Shown: positions 16,996-24,242 of the stretch, piece after piece
Layout of the letters: each line of letters begins with the position of its first letter
How positions within the stretch are numbered: the stretch's first letter is position 1
NCBI RefSeq assembly: GCF_000253055.1
Contig: NC_016070.1
Span: forward strand, 510,001-542,000
DNA: 32,000 nucleotides
Reading direction: 5' to 3'
Source of the DNA: Thermoproteus tenax Kra 1
GTDB lineage: Archaea; Thermoproteota; Thermoprotei; Thermoproteales; Thermoproteaceae
The notes under the pieces: model-generated
Database searches by the model: none
Seen by the model: only the letters and a program-made list of their open reading frames with translations
Told to the model about the DNA's origin: nothing
Position numbers and translations under genes: made by a program

Positions 16996-17681
16996 GCAAG
17001 AACCTCCTCAATGTATTTATTTATCAGATCCAGCGGCCCGATCCTCCTCCTCAAGATGTTCCCGCCGATACCCCTTATGACGACGACCTCCTCCGACTTC
17101 CTCGAAAGTATATTGAAGTATATCTTCACTAAAACGTATTCGTTGTCGTGCCTCGATAATATTTCGACAGGCATTGGACCTAGACGGCACGAACACGTCA
17201 GAGTGGTCTCCCCAAAGCCCTTGAGCGCCAGGAGGACATTTAAGGCCGTCTCTATACGTCTCCGGTCCGTCAATGAGGCGTTGATGTGAAACAAGGCGCC
17301 CGCCCTCGATGCGCCCAGGGCCAGCGCCCTCTTACCGCCTCCTATTATCAAGAGCTTGTTCCACGCGTCCTCCCACTTGCCCACCTCTCTATTCCTCACA
17401 GACTGGATAGTGACCTTCATTCTCTTCATCCTCCTCAGCCCTGCCGCGTCCAACACGTCCACATCGCCGTCTACCGCCACGGCCTTGACTATCGAGGTGG
17501 ATAGAGACGCCATTACTAGGTGGGATCTGAGTTCAGATCCTTGGATGGAGAGCTCGGCCAAATCCACGCCCTCAATGGGGTACGACATATCGTGGAACTT
17601 GTCCGCCTCAACGTAGTAGAAGCTGAGCCTTCCTCCTCTCTGGCCTACTGCCACTGTGGCGGGCGTCGGAAGAGTTATCAC
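16992..17681 (-). CDS. hypothetical protein (229 aa)
   Basis: The stop overlaps the nucleotidyltransferase start (ATGA at 16992-16995), so the two are probably co-transcribed. No motif recognised. Confidence 0.5.
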   Translation of the reverse strand: MITLPTPATVAVGQRGGRLSFYYVEADKFHDMSYPIEGVDLAELSIQGSELRSHLVMASLSTSIVKAVAVDGDVDVLDAAGLRRMKRMKVTIQSVRNREVGKWEDAWNKLLIIGGGKRALALGASRAGALFHINASLTDRRRIETALNVLLALKGFGETTLTCSCRLGPMPVEILSRHDNEYVLVKIYFNILSRKSEEVVVIRGIGGNILRRRIGPLDLINKYIEEVLA

Positions 17682-17765
17682 GTGAGAGTTGGCGCCTCTA
17701 TTTATAATCGATGGAGGACACTGAAGCTAAACGTCGCCTACAAATATCGGTGCGCCCGCAATTAC

Positions 17766-17981
17766 ATGGATCTGAAGGCTTTGGCCAAGTTGGTGTCCTC
17801 TAAAGTGGAAAGATCCGCCGATCTAGACGCACTGTTGAGCCAGTACGGAGTGACCTTGAGCTTTCGCGAGAAGGTCAAGCTGATAGAGCTCCTCCCCGAC
17901 GATATCTCGGTGGTGTACGACGCAGTCACAGACAGGTTTATAGTCTACAAGAATCTGGCGCGTTCAGCCCACACTGTTTAA
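17766..17981 (+). CDS. hypothetical small protein (71 aa)
   Basis: This ATG is the first start that clears the divergent gene. The upstream part of track ORF 17520..17981 overlaps ORF 16992..17681. Confidence 0.35.
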   Translation: MDLKALAKLVSSKVERSADLDALLSQYGVTLSFREKVKLIELLPDDISVVYDAVTDRFIVYKNLARSAHTV

Positions 17982-18000
17982 AAAGCCCCAACTAAAGCGA

Positions 18001-18489
18001 GTGGTGTCACCGTTCCGCATCGTGGAGACTCCTTGGAGGTACAAATACATCGTCAGCTCTGTTGCCGCTCGATCTAACAGCTGTTTCTTCTGTGAATATA
18101 TACAAGATCCAGGACGCGACCGCGAGAACTTGGTGTTCTTCAGGGGGAAGTACTCCATAGGCTTGCTCAACAGATACCCCTACACCTGGGGGCACGTCAT
18201 GGTGGCCCCCTATAGACATCTGAGGGATTTGGCCGAGCTGAGCCCCGAGGAGCTGGCCGGGCTGATAAGGGAGACCTATATGATCAAGAGGGCAGTCGCA
18301 TCTTTGACCAAGTGTCAAGACATCCTCATGGGCGTCAACGTCGGAAGGGCCGCCGGAGCTGGCGTCGAGGCTCATGTACATATACATATAATACCCACTT
18401 GTCAGACCATAGATCCAAATATTGAGCCGGATAGGCTAGAGGAGCTACTGAAGGAGTACAGGGATAAGCTATCTAGGCTATGGAGCTGA
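18001..18489 (+). CDS. HIT-family (histidine triad) nucleotide hydrolase/transferase
   Basis: CFFCEYI..., GHVMVAPYRH and the triad motif AHVHIHIIP. Confidence 0.85.
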   Translation: MVSPFRIVETPWRYKYIVSSVAARSNSCFFCEYIQDPGRDRENLVFFRGKYSIGLLNRYPYTWGHVMVAPYRHLRDLAELSPEELAGLIRETYMIKRAVASLTKCQDILMGVNVGRAAGAGVEAHVHIHIIPTCQTIDPNIEPDRLEELLKEYRDKLSRLWS

Positions 18490-19529
18490 GAAGGCTCTGC
18501 GTCAGCGGCTTCAAAGCCTACGATAGATGTATAGACCTAGAGGGGAGCACATTGATATACGGCCCTCCCAACTCCGGCAAGTCCTCGCTCCTCGAGGGAC
18601 TCTCCATGTTGATGCAGAGCAGGGGGGAGCAGTGGATTCTGCTCGAGGGGCCCTTGCTCATTGTACATGAGGCTGAAGACGTACACAGAGGGGGCGATGT
18701 CGCCTCCCCGTTCACAATAGAGGCCCATTGGAGCTTCGGCGAAAGGATATACGGCTACAGCTACACCTATGCCACAAAGGGGGGCTACGTGGAACAGACG
18801 GTGTTTGAGGACTTCAAGCCCGTCTTGACAGTGGCGAAGAGGGGCCAGAGGGGCGCCGTTATCTATCCGCCCGACTTATCAGCGGAGCTGTGCACTGCGC
18901 CGTACGCAGTCTTGAACGAAGACGTGTTGATACCGTGCGGCGAAGTTGCAGACGAGAGATTCAAGATGGCGGAGAGGATATTGCTCGAGCTGAGAGTCGG
19001 GCTCAAGGACACGTTCTATTACATCAGCGGGAGGAGGCTCGCCGCATGGAAGTACACCTACGAGACGCACGTGGATCTACTGCCGGCGACCAGCGTGGGG
19101 CCCGAGGGGCAGTACACTGTGCACCAGATCTCCCGCATACTGGCGCATCCTCAGTTCGAGCCCCTACGAGATGAGCTGTACAGAGTGTTGAGACAAGCGG
19201 GCATAGATGATGTTAGAGTGGGGCTCATCTCCACGGGGAGACTGGCCATGTACGTTAAATCGAGGGGGGGCTGGACAAATGCCTATAACGTAGGCAACTT
19301 CACGAAGTCTGTCTTGCCCGTCCTAGTACAGCTCGTATTGTCAAACGAGGGCTCCGTTGTGGCGATCGACGATGTGGATCTGGCTGTGCCGGAGGAACAT
19401 GCCGAGGGCCTCTTGTCGATATATCTGGACATAGCCAAGAGGAGGGGGCTTCAGCTGGTAATGGCCGCGAGATCTAGATCCTTCAAAGAGGCAGCGCGTA
19501 GATTGAACGCCACAGTTGTCGAGCTTTGA
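18480..19529 (+). CDS. ABC/SMC-like (AAA_15/21-type) ATPase
   Basis: 349 aa. N-terminal LRRLCVSGFKAY...LIYGPPNSGKSSLLEGL (Walker A in a RecF/SMC-like context) and Walker B GSVVAIDDVDLAV near the C-terminus. The start overlaps the HIT gene by 10 nt. Confidence 0.7.
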   Translation: MELRRLCVSGFKAYDRCIDLEGSTLIYGPPNSGKSSLLEGLSMLMQSRGEQWILLEGPLLIVHEAEDVHRGGDVASPFTIEAHWSFGERIYGYSYTYATKGGYVEQTVFEDFKPVLTVAKRGQRGAVIYPPDLSAELCTAPYAVLNEDVLIPCGEVADERFKMAERILLELRVGLKDTFYYISGRRLAAWKYTYETHVDLLPATSVGPEGQYTVHQISRILAHPQFEPLRDELYRVLRQAGIDDVRVGLISTGRLAMYVKSRGGWTNAYNVGNFTKSVLPVLVQLVLSNEGSVVAIDDVDLAVPEEHAEGLLSIYLDIAKRRGLQLVMAARSRSFKEAARRLNATVVEL

Positions 19530-19867
19530 AGATAGTGACAGATACCTCGTCGCTCGTCTACCTCGTCGAGAGGAGGCTAGGCCTAGGACCTCTCGAGGAA
19601 CACGTCGTCTTCGTGCCGTATCCCGTCTTGGAGGAACTCTTGGCGCTTGCGCCCTTTAGGCGTAACTTTCGCGTCGCTCTGAGACTGGTGAGAGTACTGG
19701 GCCCCTTTGTGGCGGAGGGCAGGGGCTCCGCCGATGAGGCGCTATTGAGCGCGGCGGCCAAGCTGGGCGCCGCAGTCTTGACGGGCGACAGGCAGATAGT
19801 CGCTGAGGCCAAGAGAAGGGGTATCCCGGTCGCTCTGCTCCACGATAGGGAGATAGTGGTAGTATAG
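19526..19867 (+). CDS. PIN-domain nuclease
   Basis: 113 aa with MKIVTDTSSLVYL (N-terminal acidic Asp) and a distal AVLTGDRQIV, giving a PIN-like layout. The TTG start overlaps the ATPase stop (TTGA at 19526-19529). Confidence 0.65.
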   Translation: MKIVTDTSSLVYLVERRLGLGPLEEHVVFVPYPVLEELLALAPFRRNFRVALRLVRVLGPFVAEGRGSADEALLSAAAKLGAAVLTGDRQIVAEAKRRGIPVALLHDREIVVV

Positions 19868-19998
19868 CGGAGAGGTAGCGCCGAGGTGGCCGTTGGATGG
19901 GCTTCGACATTGGCGGACAGTTTAAGGCTCTGTCCACGACGGCGGGGCTGGATCTGAACCGCCCTAGAGGCAGAGCGCTACAAAGGGGGCGAGGAGGA

Positions 19999-20009
19999 AT
20001 TTATAAAGT
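19999..20009 (+). promoter_or_regulatory. TATA-like box for rpoE/spt4
   Basis: aatttataaag is centred about 23 nt upstream of ATG 20027. Confidence 0.5.
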
Positions 20010-20026
20010 ATAAGTTTCGATAGTGC

Positions 20027-20596
20027 ATGCCTTTTCGTCTTGTGGAGGCAGAGGACTACATCAGGGTTCCTCCCTCCGACTTCAACAAGCCGCTGGAGGA
20101 CGTCGCACTGGGACAGCTCAGATCCAAATACGAGGGCAAATCCTTTAGAGACCTCGGCTACGTTGTCGCAGTCTTAGACGCCAAAGTCAACAGAGAGGGC
20201 GTGATAATCTTTGGAGACGGGGCAACCTACCACAAGGCCATCTTCCACATATTGACCTTCATGCCGCTCGACGGAGAGGTGGTCCACGGGATCGTTGAGT
20301 CGGCGCGCGAGGTAGGAGTCATGGTCAGAATAGGGCCTGTATTGGGCTTTATAAACAAGATACACCTAATGGACGAGCCCAATGTATTGTTTGACGCAAG
20401 CACCAAAAGCTTTATAGGAGAGAGGACGAAGAAAAAGCTCTCCATCGGCGACGTAGTGAGGGCGCGTATAACCGGGATAAGCTACGTAGCTCAGAAGGAG
20501 GGCGTTGACTTGGCTCTGAGGATAACGATGACCATGCGTATGCCGGGGCTTGGCAAGCTCGAATGGCTGAAGGAAAAGAAGGGCAAGAAGCCATGA
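20027..20596 (+). CDS. rpoE: DNA-directed RNA polymerase subunit E' (Rpo7)
   Basis: 189 aa. N-terminal MPFRLVEAEDYIRVPPSDF... and an S1-like C-terminal half, GDVVRARITGISY. Confidence 0.85.
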   Translation: MPFRLVEAEDYIRVPPSDFNKPLEDVALGQLRSKYEGKSFRDLGYVVAVLDAKVNREGVIIFGDGATYHKAIFHILTFMPLDGEVVHGIVESAREVGVMVRIGPVLGFINKIHLMDEPNVLFDASTKSFIGERTKKKLSIGDVVRARITGISYVAQKEGVDLALRITMTMRMPGLGKLEWLKEKKGKKP

Positions 20597-20814
20597 GCAG
20601 AGCTAAGAAGACTTTGTCGGGATATAAGGCCTGTAAAAACTGTAAACTGATCATCCCAGAGGACGCAACTCAGTGTCCGAACTGCGGATCCACCGAGTTC
20701 ACAAACAATTGGCGGGGGATGATAGCGGTCATAGACCCTGAGAAGTCGTGTATAGCTAAGAGGCTGGGCATCACTAAGCCTGGGGTCTACGCATTGGAGT
20801 TGGTGGAGGAATGA
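20593..20814 (+). CDS. spt4: transcription elongation factor Spt4 (RpoE'')
   Basis: About 73 aa with the zinc ribbon CKNCKLIIPEDATQCPNCGS followed by W.G. ATGA overlap with rpoE (20593-20596). Confidence 0.85.
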   Translation: MSRAKKTLSGYKACKNCKLIIPEDATQCPNCGSTEFTNNWRGMIAVIDPEKSCIAKRLGITKPGVYALELVEE

Positions 20815-21371
20815 CCCTCTCCCCGCCTTGAAGGGCGAGGCTTTCGGTTGTAATCTGGGCAGTTCCTCTCAGCCTCCCTCAACAGCTCGCCCAACTTAAA
20901 CAGGGCGGACCTGTAGACCTCCAGCTCCCTCAACAGAGCCTTATAGTCGGCCTCAGGTAGGTCGACCTCTTCGCCGAATGTAAGCTTGGCGAGGGCAGAG
21001 AGGGCCCCTCCTGTCAATTTCTCGTAGAACTCTACCAACGATTTGATTCTGGACTCAAATATGTAGTAGTCGTTGAGTAGCCTCATGACTTCGCTCTTGC
21101 TCAAGACTACGCTGCATTCATACGCCTGGAGCAAAGTCCTTATGGCCTCTGCCGTAGTCTTGCCGACAGCCTTGATGAAGCTCGGGCTCTCCAACTTGGA
21201 CTTGAGCAAAGATGCCGCGTCCTTCGCATTCATAGCTCCATTCTGCGGCGTTGGCCCCCTCCGAGGGGAGCCCGCCCGCCGCTCCCGTCTTGCAACTGTG
21301 GACGGAGGGTCCCGGGCCACTGGGGGCCCGTGTTCGTCCCCAGCTCGCCGGGACCCGGGATAACGGCTCAT
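20787..21371 (-). CDS. hypothetical helical protein; N-terminal 46 codons are GC-rich and of uncertain coding status
   Basis: The helical core runs from ATG 21233 (MNAKDAASLL...). The upstream in-frame part from ATG 21371 is R/P/G-rich. A TATA-like gcttaaaagc at 21390-21399 fits a transcript starting near 21371. The last ~25 codons (about 17 read through hairpin copy c) overlap spt4 by 28 nt. Confidence 0.5.
   Translation of the reverse strand: MSRYPGSRRAGDEHGPPVARDPPSTVARRERRAGSPRRGPTPQNGAMNAKDAASLLKSKLESPSFIKAVGKTTAEAIRTLLQAYECSVVLSKSEVMRLLNDYYIFESRIKSLVEFYEKLTGGALSALAKLTFGEEVDLPEADYKALLRELEVYRSALFKLGELLREAERNCPDYNRKPRPSRRGEGHSSTNSNA
20811..20859 (-). repeat. conserved hairpin element, copy c
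   Basis: The plus strand reads atgaccctctCCCCGCCttgaaGGGCGAGGctttcggttgtaatctgggc (hairpin 20821-20840). The copy starts in the last 4 nt of spt4 and lies inside the 3' end of minus-strand ORF 20787..21371. Confidence 0.8.
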
Positions 21372-21440
21372 GTCAATAGAGTTCCACGAGCTTAAAAGCT
21401 AGACAGTTGGCCGACCTATCACTCGTCCGTTTGACTGTAG

Positions 21441-21478
21441 AGACGGCGGGCCTCGCCTAAGGCGGGGAGGGGGTCGTA
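21441..21478 (+). repeat. conserved hairpin element, copy f
   Basis: agacggcgggCCTCGCCtaaGGCGGGGagggggtcgta (stem 21451-21457 / 21461-21467). The element ends 7 nt upstream of GTG 21486. Confidence 0.75.
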
Positions 21479-21485
21479 CTTTTCT

Positions 21486-24200
21486 GTGTGGGAGGAGGTA
21501 CCCACTCTGTTGATAGCGGCTGCGGCAATCATTTTGGCCATAGCGGCAGTCGTGCTCGGCTACTTCAACCCCCAGGCTCCCGCAGACTACGCATACGCCG
21601 AGGTGGCCCCCATCGTTAAACCGTACAATTCGACGTTCGTCTACATAGGCGCAGTGGGCCGCAACGCCACTGTGACCGAGGTGTCGTACATATACGGCGG
21701 CAGAACCTACACGTTCGCCGTCGACAGACTCGCTCCCCCCCCCCCCCCCAACGGGACATGGCTCGCGGTGGTTCCGTGCGGGGCGAACGTCACCGTCGTC
21801 GCGAGGTACGGCGTAGCCACAAGGGCGCAGACCTGGACTCCCGTGTGTATAAATAGGCCGCAGAAGGTCGTGAGCTACAGCGAGGAGGCCATCAGGGAGC
21901 TTACGGAGTTCGCCAGCTTTGTGGCTCAGTACACGCTCTACAAGTCGATACCTGTGTTGGGCGCATACCTCCGTTTTGGCTCAGTGGAGACGTGGATAAA
22001 GAACATAGGCCCGTTCCCCTACTGGGCAGCCATACCGTCGCGCAATATACCCACTCTCATACTAGAGCCGGGCGAGGGCTTCAGGCTGGACGACTTCACA
22101 ACAACCGTCACCGGCACAGTGTACCGCTGGGTCTACACAGCCGGCATACTTGAGGGCAACCGCCTCACCCTATGGATAAACGGCGTACTCGCCTATAACG
22201 GCACAGTGACCAACGGCATGACGATATATGCGCCGCAGGGATATGAGCTAAAATACATCAACGGCTATCTGGTACCCATCTATAACGGCGCTCCGATCTA
22301 TAATGGCACTTCAGTCAAGAGCAACACCAGCAATACGGTGATCTATAAAACAACGATCAAAGGCTCAGTGATATCTACGCCGCAGGGGTACAACGTAACA
22401 ATAATATTGAGCACGCCCCTTGGTATCGCCTATTTCTATAACGGCACGGCGATATATACGTCACAGGGGTACGAGATAACAATCGACGTACCTCTTCTCA
22501 CCCGCATCCACTCCGGACCACCGGTCGTCGGATCGCCGATCGGTGGATCACCAGTTGGTAACACTGGCAGTGGAGCATCACAGCCCATGATAATATGTAA
22601 CGTGATGATATATGCGTCATCGTATACGCCATCGAATTCTCCAACCTATGTGGCGATACCTGCGAACGGAAGCTGGATGGGCTGGCTCAAATTCGATAAT
22701 GCCCCACTGCCGGTTTCGCCGTTGAGCGAAACGTTGAACATATACGTCATGCCCTCCTCGCCCAATTACACAAGCTCCCTCTTCGGCCTCATACCGCCGT
22801 GGAGGACGTACATGCTCACCGTGAACCCCACGACCGGCGAGGCCTCCTGGTACGACCCCCAGTGCAACGCGATTAACTACTCATGCCTCCGCACAGCCTA
22901 TGTCTCGAACAACTCCGTCCTCTATATAAACGACATGCCGGGCGGGGAGGTGGTGGCCATCGGGAAGTACTTCGTGGTGGGAGTCGGACAGCTAGTGTCG
23001 TATCGGGATACCTATGGCAACGTCCATTATGGAGTCACTATACTGTGGTATCCGTGGGGCGGCGCCAGAGAAGTTATAAATGATGGTAACTCGTTGTGGA
23101 ATGATTTCGGCAACGGCCTCTACACGTGTTACTATAGCGCCTATTACCCAGACCAAAATATTGTGTTCTTCGATGGATTTGAGAGAAACAGCTATACCGT
23201 GGTCTGTGCGATTGGAGGACTGTGGATACAGGGCGGCCTCTTTGGGGGACAGCATGTTGTATCGTTTACTGCCACAGCCTATCCCAACTACACTCTGGTA
23301 GTTACAGAAAACGGCAAAGAGATAGGCTCTGTTACATTCAACCCGAGCCAGTTCCCGCCAGCCCCGCCTATGTTCGTGACATATTCGAAGCCCGCGTCGA
23401 ACTCGCTCCCTGTGGCCGTCCGGTTTGGATCAGACAACTACGTCCAGCTTGTGCCGTTCACCGATAGCAATACTTACGCAGGCTATATCTCCGATGCCAC
23501 CGGCAACTACGGCCTCGGCACGCTCATCTACAAACAGACGTACGACCTCACCGGCGCGTACAATTACACCCTAGTTTTGCAGGGCTATGAATCAAGAAGA
23601 CTCATTAAGACGTATAGGGAGTACGGCGAAGTCGATATACCCCTCAATTTTGTACCTGCAGGTCCTCAGGTCACGATTCAATACAATGGAAAGTGGATAA
23701 CTTGTCCTGTTAAAGTGAAATATTCCCCTGGTAGTATATATCCTCAATACTACTGTGCAATGTATGGATATTATAATGTCTATGTCTATAACATCACTGT
23801 AGTCGAGCAATTGACGCTATACCTCTTCGGGAAGCCTGTCGCGTACGACGCCCTTATGGGCTCTTACGTGTACACTACAGAGACGCCGGTTCCTGTGAGA
23901 CCGCTACAAATAACGATAAAGCCGATCTGTACCCCCACGAAGAGATTGCTTGGCGGAGCTGCGGTGTCCCGATTGGAGGGCAATAATACGTTGGTGACGT
24001 ACTTCAACGAGACGATACAGGTGACCGGATGCGGGCAGGACTACACGTATTATGAGCCCGTGAAGGTCGCTACCTCTATGGTAAACGGTGCAGACTACGT
24101 TAGGGATCCCTACACCGGCCAGCTGTGCAGTTATCCGTATACGACGCAGGATAATCAAACTGGTTGGCTAACTTGCAATAACGGGCGGAGACCAACCTAA
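21486..24200 (+). CDS. large N-terminally membrane-anchored surface glycoprotein candidate
   Basis: 904 aa with an N-terminal hydrophobic helix TLLIAAAAIILAIAAVVLGYF. It is rich in Y, T, N, G and V, with about 19 N-x-S/T sequons by hand count. Short recurring motifs are present (PQGYELKY, PQGYNVTI, SQGYEITI, IYNGA/IYNGT). Confidence 0.7.
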   Translation: MWEEVPTLLIAAAAIILAIAAVVLGYFNPQAPADYAYAEVAPIVKPYNSTFVYIGAVGRNATVTEVSYIYGGRTYTFAVDRLAPPPPPNGTWLAVVPCGANVTVVARYGVATRAQTWTPVCINRPQKVVSYSEEAIRELTEFASFVAQYTLYKSIPVLGAYLRFGSVETWIKNIGPFPYWAAIPSRNIPTLILEPGEGFRLDDFTTTVTGTVYRWVYTAGILEGNRLTLWINGVLAYNGTVTNGMTIYAPQGYELKYINGYLVPIYNGAPIYNGTSVKSNTSNTVIYKTTIKGSVISTPQGYNVTIILSTPLGIAYFYNGTAIYTSQGYEITIDVPLLTRIHSGPPVVGSPIGGSPVGNTGSGASQPMIICNVMIYASSYTPSNSPTYVAIPANGSWMGWLKFDNAPLPVSPLSETLNIYVMPSSPNYTSSLFGLIPPWRTYMLTVNPTTGEASWYDPQCNAINYSCLRTAYVSNNSVLYINDMPGGEVVAIGKYFVVGVGQLVSYRDTYGNVHYGVTILWYPWGGAREVINDGNSLWNDFGNGLYTCYYSAYYPDQNIVFFDGFERNSYTVVCAIGGLWIQGGLFGGQHVVSFTATAYPNYTLVVTENGKEIGSVTFNPSQFPPAPPMFVTYSKPASNSLPVAVRFGSDNYVQLVPFTDSNTYAGYISDATGNYGLGTLIYKQTYDLTGAYNYTLVLQGYESRRLIKTYREYGEVDIPLNFVPAGPQVTIQYNGKWITCPVKVKYSPGSIYPQYYCAMYGYYNVYVYNITVVEQLTLYLFGKPVAYDALMGSYVYTTETPVPVRPLQITIKPICTPTKRLLGGAAVSRLEGNNTLVTYFNETIQVTGCGQDYTYYEPVKVATSMVNGADYVRDPYTGQLCSYPYTTQDNQTGWLTCNNGRRPT
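21735..21749 (+). repeat. C15 homopolymer tract (encodes five Pro in frame)
   Basis: 15 consecutive C inside ORF 21486..24200, starting on a codon boundary (gct ccc x5 aac). Confidence 0.95.
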
Positions 24201-24215
24201 ATCAGCAAACAACGG

Positions 24216-24239
24216 TTTTTTACGCTCTCCCTCTTTTTT
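24216..24239 (+). terminator. two oligo-T tracts after the first surface-protein gene
   Basis: T6 at 24216-24221 and T6 at 24234-24239, between stop 24200 and ATG 24243. Oligo-T is the usual archaeal termination signal. Confidence 0.4.
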
Positions 24240-24242
24240 CTT

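Noticed and set aside
17520-17765. The N-terminal 82 codons of track ORF 17520..17981.
   Set aside because: They overlap the 5' part of the better-supported minus-strand ORF 16992..17681. Only the part from ATG 17766 is free-standing.
19868-19990. tRNA-like signal: GGTTCAGATCC on the minus strand and nested stems (GCTCTG 19927-19932 / CAGAGC 19971-19976; GGCGGG 19941-19946 / CCGCCC 19959-19964).
   Set aside because: No cloverleaf can be drawn. There is no matching acceptor stem, the T-stem arms do not pair, and the loop sizes are wrong. Stems of this size are expected by chance in GC-rich spacer.
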